DNA from: an uncultured delta proteobacterium
GTDB lineage: Bacteria > Desulfobacterota > Desulfobacteria > Desulfobacterales > UBA2156
DNA length: 64,000 bases
Direction: 5' to 3'
Assembly: GCA_963736855.1 (NCBI GenBank)
Contig: CAVTQK010000021.1
Span: 256,001-320,000, forward strand
Part shown: positions 43,083 to 53,852 of the stretch, piece after piece
Layout: every line of letters starts with the position of its first letter
Position numbering within the stretch: position 1 is the stretch's first letter
Translations under genes and position numbers: made by a program
Notes under the pieces: generated by a model
What the model was told of the DNA's origin: nothing
Databases searched by the model: none
What the model saw: the letters and a program-made list of their open reading frames with translations, nothing else

Positions 43083-44645
43083 ATGACAAGCGTATTGTCT
43101 ATTGTCTATGATAATTTTTGGAAGGCCATAGTCGAGCGATTAATAAAAAAAGGCGTTAATATTAAATACGTAATATTACCATCAAAAATAAAAAAAGATT
43201 TCGAGATCGAGAAGCACACTTTTAAAAACACCATTTTTTTGTCATTGGATCAATTTGTTTTTCCCGAACAGATTAATAAATTAAATTCCAATAACAGGAT
43301 GTGTCTTTCGTCTGCTTTCTTAAAGAACTTCTGTGAATGCGAAAATTTATTTCTATCGATATCAGACAGACTGTCTTTTTTTCCATTGAGTGTTCAAAAA
43401 AGGAAAGAACTGTTTCAAGATTTGCTGTTATTTTGGTTTAAATTATTATCGGAATCAGATTTAAAAACCATAATATTCGATACAACACCTCATATGGCTT
43501 GGGATAATATTTTATATTATTTGGCGAAATATCTTGGAATAAAAACTCTATTTGTTGAAAAAACGATGATAAGCGATAGAGTAATGCTTCTGCAGGATTA
43601 TCTTCAACTTGGTATTAAGATCCCCAATGATTATCTAAGTAAAACAAGCGTGGATGATATAAAAGAAATTATAGGTAAAGAGTTGATCGAGGAGGCTTTT
43701 AAAACAAGCATATGGACTAAATTCGCTGATAATAAAAATATAAATGTGATGTCTATCCATAATGAAGATACTCGAACAAAAACTATTGATAAATTAATTA
43801 ACAAATATTACCAATTTAATTTTATCGTATTTTCCTTAAAGCTATTCGAGTATATTAAAAATAGGTTTTATGTTATGATAAATAATACTTTTATCATCTT
43901 TAAAAAGCGCTTCTTGAGTTCCTTATTTTTTAACGGTCAATACAGATGGATAACAACATGGATATTTTTTTTACAGTTTAAGCAAAATGTTAAAAAGCTA
44001 TATAAGTTCTATATCAAATCTTGTAGTGATGTGAATTATAGTCATCCTTATGTTTTTTTCCCGTTGCATTATCAGCCTGAAAAGAACACATCGCCCTTAG
44101 GCGGTATTTTCGAAAATCAATTTCTTGCCGCAAAAATACTATCTGAAGCCATTCCGGAAGATTGGATCCTTTATATCAAAGAACATCCTAGACAATTTTC
44201 ATATGCAATGAGACAGAAGCATTATCGAGATCCCTGTTATTATAAAAAATTGTTAAGTTTGCCTAAAGTGAAACTGGTAAATGTTCAAGAAGATGCGGAA
44301 GCATTGATAGATAATGCCATGTGCACAGCAACAATCACTGGAAGCAGCGGGTGGAAAAGCCTTAAAAAAGGAAAAGCGTGTATCGCTTTTGGAAATCCTT
44401 GGTATGCAGCATGCAACAGCTGCTTTTTAGTTAGATCTTTGGAAGAGTGTAAGAAAGCAATTACAAATATTGTGCAATTAAAGGAATTAGACATAAGAAA
44501 AGATCTTTTAAGGTTTATTGCCTATTACAAAGATAAATTCATAATTTCGAGTACGGGGCATAATTTTGCTAAAAAATCAAAAATTCCATATGAAACTTTA
44601 GTCGAAAATCTTGCGGAAAAGTTTACAGAGCAAATTTTTGATTAA
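43083..44645 (+). CDS. KpsS/LipB-like capsule biosynthesis protein, copy 2 (intact)
   Basis: FPLHYQPE..TSP, YIKEHP, TITGSSGW..L..GK..IAFG.PWY, typical of the KpsS/KpsC (Capsule_synth) C-terminal region. Confidence 0.75.
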   Translation: MTSVLSIVYDNFWKAIVERLIKKGVNIKYVILPSKIKKDFEIEKHTFKNTIFLSLDQFVFPEQINKLNSNNRMCLSSAFLKNFCECENLFLSISDRLSFFPLSVQKRKELFQDLLLFWFKLLSESDLKTIIFDTTPHMAWDNILYYLAKYLGIKTLFVEKTMISDRVMLLQDYLQLGIKIPNDYLSKTSVDDIKEIIGKELIEEAFKTSIWTKFADNKNINVMSIHNEDTRTKTIDKLINKYYQFNFIVFSLKLFEYIKNRFYVMINNTFIIFKKRFLSSLFFNGQYRWITTWIFFLQFKQNVKKLYKFYIKSCSDVNYSHPYVFFPLHYQPEKNTSPLGGIFENQFLAAKILSEAIPEDWILYIKEHPRQFSYAMRQKHYRDPCYYKKLLSLPKVKLVNVQEDAEALIDNAMCTATITGSSGWKSLKKGKACIAFGNPWYAACNSCFLVRSLEECKKAITNIVQLKELDIRKDLLRFIAYYKDKFIISSTGHNFAKKSKIPYETLVENLAEKFTEQIFD

Positions 44646-44677
44646 TCCAGACTCTTAATCAATAGTTATCATACTTA

Positions 44678-45460
44678 ATGAATGGATCAAAAACCATGTT
44701 TGAGATATTTGAGTTTATTCAGCTTGTAATGAAAAAGATGGGATTTTATTTTTGTAAATACAATAAGAATTATCTCTATATGCCTAAAATTCATTGCCCG
44801 AACTATGAAAAACTAATAGATATTACAGAGATCGATGAATTTTATAAACATGCGAGAATTGTTGTTGAAAACAAAAAAACCACTCTTGATTATAAACGAC
44901 TATATATCATTTACCAGGTCATTAAAATTGTCAAAGATATTGCTATAAACGGTAATAACAATTTTTGCGAAATGGGTGTTTTTAAAGGTGGAAGTACTTA
45001 TTTCATATCATCTGTTGCCAATCAAATTATTAAACCGCCTCCAAATATTTTTTGTTTCGATACATTTGAAGGGCACCCGGATGACATAACACCAATATTG
45101 GATGGGGAACATAGAAAAGGGCAATTTAATAAAACATCTTTTGGAGAAGTAAAGAATTATTTATCAATATTCACAAACGTTTCCGTATTGAAAGGTCGTT
45201 TTCAGAATAATTTTGAAGATATTAATAAAAAGCTATTTTCATTTGTCCATCTTGATGTTGACATCTATTCTGCCACCAAAGACGCTTTGCATTTATTCGA
45301 AAATAAAATAGTCAAGAATGGAATAATATTAACCGATGATTATGGGTTTACAACCTGTAAAGGAGTGAAGAAAGCTGTCGATGAATTTACGAATAACAAT
45401 AAAAATTATATCAAATTGGATGTGCTCACGGGTCAATGTATTTTAATGAAAATAAATTAA
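44678..45460 (+). CDS. TylF/MycF/NovP-family O-methyltransferase, copy 2
   Basis: CEMGVFKGGS, FDTFEG, VHLDVDIY, DDYG..CKGVKKAVDEF. Confidence 0.85.
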   Translation: MNGSKTMFEIFEFIQLVMKKMGFYFCKYNKNYLYMPKIHCPNYEKLIDITEIDEFYKHARIVVENKKTTLDYKRLYIIYQVIKIVKDIAINGNNNFCEMGVFKGGSTYFISSVANQIIKPPPNIFCFDTFEGHPDDITPILDGEHRKGQFNKTSFGEVKNYLSIFTNVSVLKGRFQNNFEDINKKLFSFVHLDVDIYSATKDALHLFENKIVKNGIILTDDYGFTTCKGVKKAVDEFTNNNKNYIKLDVLTGQCILMKIN

Positions 45461-45490
45461 ATGTTTTTATAACAGCCACATATTTTAATA

Positions 45491-45746
45491 ATGAAGAAAG
45501 CGAGTATCACAAAGAAATCAATCATAGCTTTGATACCCGCCAGGTCGTAGGGATCACGGTCCATTCGGTGGTCTTGGAGATTGTCTTTTAAATATAATGT
45601 GCTCTAATCAGGTTTTAAAAAATAGGCGTCTTTTTAAGTTTGCCGTTGAGGGCTATCCGGCATGGGGGACTCCTTCCGAAGTGCTTCGGTTTAATAAATT
45701 GGATGCAAAATCGATCGCAAAGAAGATTGTTAAGTTAATAAATTAA
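45491..45746 (+). pseudogene. fused remnant: NeuA 5' end joined to transketolase 3' end
   Basis: MKKASITKKSIIALIPARS* then DHGPFGGLGDCLLN...FKFAVEGYPAWGTPSEVLRFNKLDA..*, matching the start of 33475 and the end of 36183. Confidence 0.85.
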
Positions 45747-45747
45747 A

Positions 45748-47126
45748 ATGAAGCCCAACATCCTTTTTCTTCCAAGCAATAATTACAATTTTATAGAGAT
45801 GCACCGGTTGGCTAAATATTTAATACATAAATATTTGGCAACACCGTTTATGATATTAACCAATGCAGACGTAGCTTCTTTTAGACAAAAATTTGACAAT
45901 GATGGAATCGTATTTATTGACCAGAACAACCGTCTCTTAGAAAAACTCCAGAAGAGATTATTAAAAAGTTTTGATAACTATGATAATGTTGTTTTTAAAG
46001 AAAGAATACAGATAAAATATCTTTCTTTGTTTCTAAAAAACCGAAAAAGAAATTTGAAATATTTTTTAGGGAAAATAAACCCAAGATCGGTTATTCTGAA
46101 AGGAGACCATCATTGGGGTAATGGATGGGAGCCGGCCAGCGATTAAGGCATGTTATGAGGTAAAATTACCTCAACCCTCCTTCTTCCCATGGCCCTTTCA
46201 AGCCCAGAATCCCTCTTGGCAAGAAGGCGACCTTTTTCCAAATTGCATATCGAAAAGAAGTCTTACATAAGAAAACAATTCCCAAGCCAATGTCTGTGGG
46301 ATGAGGTTACTCAGAGTTATCTTCTTTATAAACCACGGGTAATGATTGAAGCATTAGGGATCACCGATATGCTTTCCGAAAATCCATGGGTTATGGGCGG
46401 TGGGAAAAGTACCTTCGTTTTAGTGGATGGAGAAGAAATTAGACAACGCTACATCGAATGGGGATGCAATGAAAATAAAATAATAATTACGGGCTGCGGA
46501 GTTCACGACGATTTATTTAATCGTTGGTTAAATAAGGAAAATGCTCGAAACTTAATTTGTGAAAAGTATCGGTTTGATAAAAATAATAAGCTGATCTTAG
46601 TGGCTTTACCGCAATTTGCTGAAGAAGCGATTTTAGACTTAGGTGAACATCTCAATGAAATCCATTTTTTATTGGAAAATTTGAATAATCTTGAGAAGCA
46701 AATTGTTTAATATCATTACACCCACGAATGGATAAAAAAAATTATGATTTTATTTCAAATTACTATTCACTAAGAGTTGCCGAAGAACCTCTAAGCGAAA
46801 TACTCCCATCCGCAGATGTGTTTTTATCATCTTATTCATCAACTATTCCATGGGCGGTTTTATGCCGAATCCCATCAGTCATTGTCGATTTTATACATAG
46901 CGACTATCAATATTTTAATTATTCAGGGGTTAATATCGTTCAAGAAAAGGCTAGCCTTAAAATGGAATTGAATAAATTGCTCTCAGATAATATTTACTAC
47001 AAAACATTACAAAAAAAACAAAAAGAGTCCCTATCAAGGATATCTCCTTTTGATGGAAAATGTCTCGAACGGATTTCGGACATTTCGGTTAATCCTGATA
47101 AATATTTGAACTTAAGAATGAACTAA
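45748..47126 (+). CDS. GT-B-like candidate ulosonate transferase, copy 2 (frameshifted)
   Basis: NILFLPSNNYNFIEMH is near-identical to copy 1; NPWVMGGGKS, HPRM, YSSTIPWAV, FDGKC. Confidence 0.6.
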
Positions 47127-47178
47127 GCATATTTTAATAGAGGAATTATAACTAAATTCAAAACATCTATTTTAAAAA

Positions 47179-48333
47179 ATGAAAGAAAATTATATGATAG
47201 AAATTTCAAGTCCGAACCTTTGCGGAAACGAGAAGAAATATCTGAATGAATGCGTGGAAAGCAATTTTGTCTCTTCAGTGGGGCCGTTTGTTGATAAATT
47301 TGAAAAAATAGTCGCAAAAGAGACCGGAGCCAAGTATTGTGTGGCAACATCTTCCGGAACTACAGGACTGCATGCAGCACTGACGGCTATAGGGGTTAAA
47401 CCCGGTGATTTAGTTATTGTTCCATCGTTTACATTTATCGCCAGCGCGAATTCAATTGCACATTGTGGTGCAATTCCGCTTTTGTTCGATATCGATAATG
47501 AGAATTGGACAATAAACCCAGACCTGCTCAAAAATTATTTGGAAAAACAAACTGCAATAAGAAGTGGTATGGTTTTTGACAAAAAAACCGGAAAAATCGT
47601 TCGCGCTATTATGCCGGTTTATACTTTAGGGAATCCGGCTGATATGGATGCGATAATGAGCATCGCTAAAAAATACGAATTAACCGTCATTGCCGATGCT
47701 GCCCCTGCCATCGGGGCTCGTTACAAAGGTAAAAGCATAGGTGAACTTGCGGATCTATCTGTTATCTCTTTTAACGGCAATAAAACCGTAACCGCGGGCG
47801 GTGGGGGCGCAGTGATCGGAAGCGATGAAGAACTGCTTCGCTTGGTGCGTCATCTGACTACGACGGCAAGAGTAGGAACTGATTACGATCATGACCGAGT
47901 TGGATTTAATTACAGGATGACCAACCTTCAAGCTGCGGTGGGTCTTGCACAGATGGAAAATTTAGAATCTTTTGTTAAGATAAAAAGAAGAATAAGGGAT
48001 GTTTACGATCATGCCTTTAAGGATTTACCTCAAGTCGGTCTTTTCCCTCGGCCATCATGGATTCAGAGTGCTTGTTGGTTCTCAGGCATTACGATTGACC
48101 AATCTTCTACCAATATTGATAAGATGATTCATTTTTTTAAAATGGATGGTGTTAATGCACGACGATTTTGGAAACCGGTACATTTTCAAAAACCATACTT
48201 TGATTCGCCAAAAATGGAGATGACGGTTACGGGTACAATATGGAATAAAATATTGATTTTTCCGTGTTCAACCCATTTATCTCCATTTAAACAGCAAATC
48301 GTTATTGATATAGTTAAAAAAGTAATTAAATAA
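47179..48333 (+). CDS. legC: LegC-like PLP aminotransferase (DegT family)
   Basis: VSSVGPFV, SGTTGLH, SFNGNKTVTAGGGG, HDRVGFNYRMTN; next to legionaminic acid genes. Confidence 0.8.
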   Translation: MKENYMIEISSPNLCGNEKKYLNECVESNFVSSVGPFVDKFEKIVAKETGAKYCVATSSGTTGLHAALTAIGVKPGDLVIVPSFTFIASANSIAHCGAIPLLFDIDNENWTINPDLLKNYLEKQTAIRSGMVFDKKTGKIVRAIMPVYTLGNPADMDAIMSIAKKYELTVIADAAPAIGARYKGKSIGELADLSVISFNGNKTVTAGGGGAVIGSDEELLRLVRHLTTTARVGTDYDHDRVGFNYRMTNLQAAVGLAQMENLESFVKIKRRIRDVYDHAFKDLPQVGLFPRPSWIQSACWFSGITIDQSSTNIDKMIHFFKMDGVNARRFWKPVHFQKPYFDSPKMEMTVTGTIWNKILIFPCSTHLSPFKQQIVIDIVKKVIK

Positions 48334-48366
48334 TTGAACAAATTAAGGTCGAACGGATGACTTAAA

Positions 48367-48951
48367 ATGAAAAATGATATTGTATTGATCGGAGGTGGGG
48401 GACACTGTAAATCTTGTATTGATGTTATTGAAGCTGATGAGAAATTTAGAATTGCAGGGATTGTTGATAAAAAAATTAATTTACATAACAAAGTTTTAGG
48501 TTATGAGATATTTGCAATAGATAATGACATAGCAAAACTATCTCAAACATATAAGTACTTTTTTATTACATTTGCTTTCATAAAGAATCCTCAACGACGC
48601 ATAGAAGTGTTTAACGAACTTAAAAGTCTTGATGTACAATTACCTGTTATTATATCCCCCTTAGCTCATGTTTCAAAATATTCCGAAATTGGAGAAGGTA
48701 CAATTATAATGCATCATGCATTAATAAATGCAGGATCACGAATAGGAATAAACTGCATTATTAACACAAAAGCCTTGATTGAACATGAAGTTTCAATAGG
48801 AGACAACTGCCATATTGCAACTGCTGCAGTAATAAATGGTGGCGTTGTTATTGAATCAGAAACTTTTATAGGAAGTAATTCAACATGCCGTGAAAATATA
48901 AGAATTGCAAAGAAAAGTATCATATCTTTTCACAGTAGGGTAGCTGAATAA
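48367..48951 (+). CDS. NeuD/PglD-family hexapeptide acetyltransferase
   Basis: IGGGGHCKSCIDV, hexapeptide repeats, IINTKALIEHE. Confidence 0.88.
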   Translation: MKNDIVLIGGGGHCKSCIDVIEADEKFRIAGIVDKKINLHNKVLGYEIFAIDNDIAKLSQTYKYFFITFAFIKNPQRRIEVFNELKSLDVQLPVIISPLAHVSKYSEIGEGTIIMHHALINAGSRIGINCIINTKALIEHEVSIGDNCHIATAAVINGGVVIESETFIGSNSTCRENIRIAKKSIISFHSRVAE

Positions 48952-48972
48952 TTAAAGAAAAGTAAATTTCTA

Positions 48973-49980
48973 ATGAATATTGTATTTATAATTGCCGAAG
49001 CAGGTGTAAATCACAATGGAAAATAGAAATTGCCTTTGATTTAATAGATGCGCTTCTAGATCAGGGGCCGATGCAATAAAATTCCAAACCTTTAAAGCTG
49101 AAAAAATGGCCAGCAGATATGCTGAAAAAGCAAACTATCAAAAGAAAAATACTAAAGAAACAGAATCACAGCTAGGTATGTTAAAAAGATATGAATTAGA
49201 CGAAGAGAGCCATAAAGAATTAATTAAATATTGCAAGAAACTAAATATTCAATTTATTTCATCGCCTTTTGATCTGGATAGCATTGATCTGCTTAATAGA
49301 CTCAGTTTAAAAATATTAAAAATTCCTTCAGGTGAAATAACGAACCTACCTTATCTAAAAAAAATTGGTACTCTCAATAAAGAGCTTATTGTTTCAACAG
49401 GCATGGCGGATTTGGGAGAAATCGAAGATGCCATTGATATTACTAGTAAATAGCGGGACTCCTATAAGTAAAATTACGGTTATGCACTGCAATACCGAAT
49501 ATCCAACTGCCATATAGCGATGTGAACTTAAACGCAATGTTAACGATTAAGGCAGCTTTTTCCGGAATTAAGGTTGGCTATTCGGATCATACGCTTGGAA
49601 TTGAAATTGCTTTAGCGGCTGTTGCATTGGGTGCAAGTGTTATTGAAAAGCACTTCACAATGGACAGGAAAATGAAAGGTCCGGACCACAAAGCATCCTT
49701 AGAGCCGGATGAGCTTAAGGCAATGGTAAAAGCGATACGAAATATAGAAATGGCCATGGGCAGTGGCATTAAAAAACCTTCGGAATCCGAAAAAATAAAT
49801 ATTCCAATAGCGAGAAAAAGTATCGTGGCGGCTTGCAATATCAAAAGAGGGGATCAGTTTACGTTAGAAAATATTACGGTTAAAAGACCCGGAACCGGTA
49901 TAAGTCCGATGCAATACGAAAAACTTCTTGGTAAGAGAGCTTCTAAAGATTATTATCCGGACGAATTGATTTTGATATAA
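48973..49980 (+). CDS. legI: NeuB-family synthase #3, LegI-like (frameshifted)
   Basis: IIAEAGVNHNG, KFQTF, KIPSGEITNLPYL, HCNTEYP, GYSDHTLG, GPDHKASLEP, KRPGTGISP. Confidence 0.8.
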
Positions 49981-49997
49981 AGAACTCCTAAATCCAA

Positions 49998-51172
49998 ATG
50001 AAGCGAAAAATATGCATTGTAACCGGAACGGAGCCGAATACGGTCTCTTGAGCCGGTTAATGAAAATTATTAAAAACAAAAAGAATTCTATATTGCAAAT
50101 TATTGCGACCGGAATGCATCTATCTCACGAATTTGGCCTTACTTATCGAGAGATCGAAAAAGATGGATTTTAATCGATAAAAAACTGGAAATCCTTCTTT
50201 CATCTGATACACCTGCCGGCATATCAAAATCAATCGGGTTGGCAACGATCGCTTTTGCAGATTCATTTAAATGAACTTAAACCTGATATCCTCGTTTTGC
50301 TAGGAGACCGTTTTGAGTTATTGGCAGCATCAACCGCAGCGTTGATCGCAGATACCGATAGCTCATTTCACATGGAGGTGAGCTTACTCAAGGTGCATTC
50401 GATGAGGCGATAAGGCATTGCGATTACAAAAATGAGCCATCTGCATTTTGCAGCACCGAAGAATATGGACAAAGAATAATACAAATGGGAGAACAACCTG
50501 AAAAAGTTTATAATGTTGGATCTCTTGGGGTTGAAAATATAAATAAACTTAGATTGCTGAAAAAAATAGTCTCGAGAAAAAAATTCGATTTTCTATAAAA
50601 AAGCCAACGATACTTTTGACATTTCATCCGGTTACTACTGAAAATGCCACCTCAGAGAAACAATTCAAAATGATCCTTGAAGCGTTAGATACAAACAAGG
50701 ATTATCCGCATTATTTTTACAAAGGCTAATGCAGATACGGGTGGAAGAATAATAAATCAAATGATTGATGATTTTGTTGCAAAAAACAAATTCAGAGCAA
50801 TATCCTTTCCTTCCATGGGAAGACTTTACTATCTTAGTGCAATGAAATATGTCGATGCCGTTCTTGGCAATTCTTCCAGCGGAATCATAGAAACACCAAG
50901 TTTTAAAATACCGACAGTCAATGTCGGAGACAGACAAAAAGGCAGAGTAAAAGCTGAAAGTATAATAGATTGTAAACCTACAGTTAAAAGCATAAGGAAT
51001 GCCCTGAAATTAGCCTTATCGCCAGGATTTAGAATGAAGATTCAAAAAATCAAAAATCCTTACGAGCAAAAGAACACCGCTTCAATAATAGTCGATATTC
51101 TTGAAAAGATGAAAGCTTAACGGTATCATAAAAAAAGAATTCAAAGACTTAAATATATTGCATCAATCTTAA
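49998..51172 (+). CDS. legG: hydrolysing NDP-sugar 2-epimerase NeuC/LegG #1 (many frameshifts)
   Basis: KICIVTG..AEYGLL, TGMHLS.EFG, LLGDRFE, HGGE, FHPVT, GNSSSGIIE, GDRQKGR. Confidence 0.8.
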
Positions 51173-51209
51173 GTTTAAAAAACTGATTGATAAAATTAGG
51201 AAGCACGTA

Positions 51210-52271
51210 ATGAGAAATTGGGAGGAAGCATTAATACCGAAAACTGCAAATGTGATGCAAGCAATAGAAATAATTGATAAATCTTCCATTCAGATCGGTT
51301 TGGTTGTTGGTTCCAAAAGAAAGCTTTTAGGTGTCATTACCGACGGAGATATTCGAAGAGCCATTCTAAAAGGAATATCGATGCTTGATAGCGTATCGAA
51401 CATCATGGTTACCAATTTTATTTACGCTTCGGATAAAGATGATATTGATGAACTGTTATCTTTAATGCAGCGAGAAGATATTCGACAAATCCCAATATTA
51501 AATGCAAATAGTCAAATCGTTGGTCTTAAGGTTTTGATGGATTTCGTTCGCCCCACTTTCCATAAGAATCCGGTTGTATTAATGGCCGGCGGTATGGGTA
51601 CTGGATTAAGACCTCTTACCAACGAACGGCCAAAGCCCCTTTTGAGTGTTGGAGGAAAACCGGTTCTCGAAACCATTTTAAGAAACTTTGTGGAACAGGG
51701 ATTCAATAATATTATCATTTCGTTGAATTACAAAGGAAAACTGATTGAAGAATATTTCGGGAATGGAGATAAATTTGGTGCTAAGATAGATTATATTCAT
51801 GAGAAGGAACCACTTGGGACTGCAGGTTCACTAAGATTAATCCATATTAAGGAGACCAAAGATCCATTGATTGTAATGAACGGCGATTTGCTCACAAAAG
51901 TTAATTTTATTCAGTTATTAAACTTTCATTCCGAATATCGATCCACGGCGACAATGTGCGTTCGTAACTACGAATTTCAAGTTCCTTTCGGAGTTGCGAG
52001 TATTCATGACAATCAATTATTGAGTTTAGACGAAAAACCAACCCAAAGACTCTTTATCAATGCGGGCATCTATGTGCTTGAATATGATATTTTAAACTTG
52101 ATTCCGAAAAATAAGCTATTCAATATGACCGATTTGTTCCAAGTTTTACTATCAAACAATTACAAAACAACCGCATTTCCGATCCATGAATATTGGATTG
52201 ACATCGGACAAATGCATGACCTCGAAAGAGCAAACGGAGAATTTACTGAGTATTTTAATGCTTGTTCCTAA
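51210..52271 (+). CDS. CBS-domain sugar-1-phosphate nucleotidyltransferase (PtmE-like)
   Basis: TDGDIRR CBS pair, MAGGMGT.LRPLT..PKPLL, EPLGTAG, MNGDLL, YWIDIG. Confidence 0.88.
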   Translation: MRNWEEALIPKTANVMQAIEIIDKSSIQIGLVVGSKRKLLGVITDGDIRRAILKGISMLDSVSNIMVTNFIYASDKDDIDELLSLMQREDIRQIPILNANSQIVGLKVLMDFVRPTFHKNPVVLMAGGMGTGLRPLTNERPKPLLSVGGKPVLETILRNFVEQGFNNIIISLNYKGKLIEEYFGNGDKFGAKIDYIHEKEPLGTAGSLRLIHIKETKDPLIVMNGDLLTKVNFIQLLNFHSEYRSTATMCVRNYEFQVPFGVASIHDNQLLSLDEKPTQRLFINAGIYVLEYDILNLIPKNKLFNMTDLFQVLLSNNYKTTAFPIHEYWIDIGQMHDLERANGEFTEYFNACS

Positions 52272-52304
52272 AGATTTGAAACATCCTAATTCAAACCAAG
52301 CCGC

Positions 52305-53168
52305 ATGTATTTCAGAATAATTCCGAAGCTCGATATCAAAGGCCCGAACCTTGTTAAGGGAATTAATTTCGAAGGGCTTCGTGTTTTAGGCAAACCTGAA
52401 AATTTTGCGAGAATTTACTATGAACAGGGAGCTGATGAGCTCTTCTACCAGGATGCTGTCGCCAGCTTATACGGCAGAAACAGTCTACTTAACATGATCG
52501 AAAAAACATCCAAGGAAATATTTATTCCTTTATGTGTCGGAGGCGGTTTAAGATCGATCGAGGATATACGAGAAGTTTTACGTTCAGGTGCAGATAAGGT
52601 TGCCATAAATACTGCCGCTATAAAAAGACCACAATTGATTCGTGAAGTAGCGGAGACTTTTGGTTCATCGACAGTGGTAGTTTCAATCGAAGCAATTAAG
52701 AGGTCAGACGAGTCCTATGAGGCTTATATCGATTATGGGCGCCAAAACACGGGATTGGATGCCTATGAATGGGCTCAGGAAGCTGCCTCACTCGGTGCAG
52801 GGGAGCTGGTGGTTACATCAATTAATCGAGAAGGAACCGGAGAAGGTTATGATTTGGAATTAACCAGGAAGATCGCTACGAGCGTTTCAATACCGGTTAT
52901 CGCATGTGGAGGTTGCGGTAAAAAAGCACATGTCGTTGATGTGATCAGAAAAGGGGAGGCGGATGCAGTCAGCATGGCGTCCATCTTGCATTATGATATC
53001 TTAAAAAATGAGAGCCCGAATATAGATTCACATGATTATGCCAAGGAGGGGAATATAGAATTTCTGCGCTCATCCCAATCCTTTTCCACCGTTGATGCTG
53101 CTTCGATTCGTGAGATAAAAAAATTCCTCTATTCAGAGAAAATTCCCTGCCGATATTTTGATAATTAA
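52305..53168 (+). CDS. HisF paralogue (WbuZ-like amidotransferase cyclase-fold subunit)
   Basis: RIIPKLDIK..LVKG..EGLR, VGGGLRS, GADKV.INT; clustered with HisH and WbuX paralogues in a glycan locus. Confidence 0.85.
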   Translation: MYFRIIPKLDIKGPNLVKGINFEGLRVLGKPENFARIYYEQGADELFYQDAVASLYGRNSLLNMIEKTSKEIFIPLCVGGGLRSIEDIREVLRSGADKVAINTAAIKRPQLIREVAETFGSSTVVVSIEAIKRSDESYEAYIDYGRQNTGLDAYEWAQEAASLGAGELVVTSINREGTGEGYDLELTRKIATSVSIPVIACGGCGKKAHVVDVIRKGEADAVSMASILHYDILKNESPNIDSHDYAKEGNIEFLRSSQSFSTVDAASIREIKKFLYSEKIPCRYFDN

Positions 53169-53176
53169 TCTCATTA

Positions 53177-53851
53177 ATGAAATCAAAAATTGCAATCGTT
53201 GATTACGGACTGGGTAATTTATTCAGCATAAAAAATGCCTGCGAATTCGTTGGCCTTCAGGTAGTTGTGACATCAGATAAAGCGGACATCAAATCCGCTG
53301 ATGCCGTCATTCTTCCGGGGGTGGGCGCTTTTGGGGATGCAATGCGCTCATTATCTCAGCTCGGTTTAGTAGGATTATTGAAGGATTTGGCAGAGTCGAA
53401 AAAACCGCTTATTGGAATTTGCTTAGGGCTTCAACTCCTTTTTTCAGAAAGTGAAGAATTCGGTTTTCATAAAGGATTAGATATTATCAAGGGGCGAGTT
53501 ACTCGTCTCGATGAATCACAAACTGAAAAAGCAAGGATAAAGGTTCCTCAGGTTGGATGGAATTCAATTCACTTTTCATATAATTTCGAAAATTACGATT
53601 GCCTATCTGATAATAGGAAATATCTTCTCAGGAATATCGATGAAGGAGAATTCATGTATTTTGTTCATAGCTTTTACGCCATTCCTAATGATTCTTCAAT
53701 TATATTGACCCATACGAGATATGGAGATTTGAATTTTTGTTCATCATTGAAATTTAAAAATATTTATGCCTTTCAATTCCATCCTGAAAGAAGCGGCCCT
53801 AATGGTTTGAAAATATATAAAAATATGGCATTAATAATAAAAAGAGATTAA
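53177..53851 (+). CDS. HisH paralogue (WbuY-like glutaminase subunit)
   Basis: DYGLGNL, LPGVGAF, GICLGLQ, YFVHSF, QFHPERS. Confidence 0.88.
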   Translation: MKSKIAIVDYGLGNLFSIKNACEFVGLQVVVTSDKADIKSADAVILPGVGAFGDAMRSLSQLGLVGLLKDLAESKKPLIGICLGLQLLFSESEEFGFHKGLDIIKGRVTRLDESQTEKARIKVPQVGWNSIHFSYNFENYDCLSDNRKYLLRNIDEGEFMYFVHSFYAIPNDSSIILTHTRYGDLNFCSSLKFKNIYAFQFHPERSGPNGLKIYKNMALIIKRD

Positions 53852-53852
53852 C

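Noticed and set aside
52305..53851. hisF/hisH as histidine biosynthesis genes
   Set aside because: No other his genes nearby; adjacency to a WbuX-family gene marks them as glycan amidotransferase subunits.
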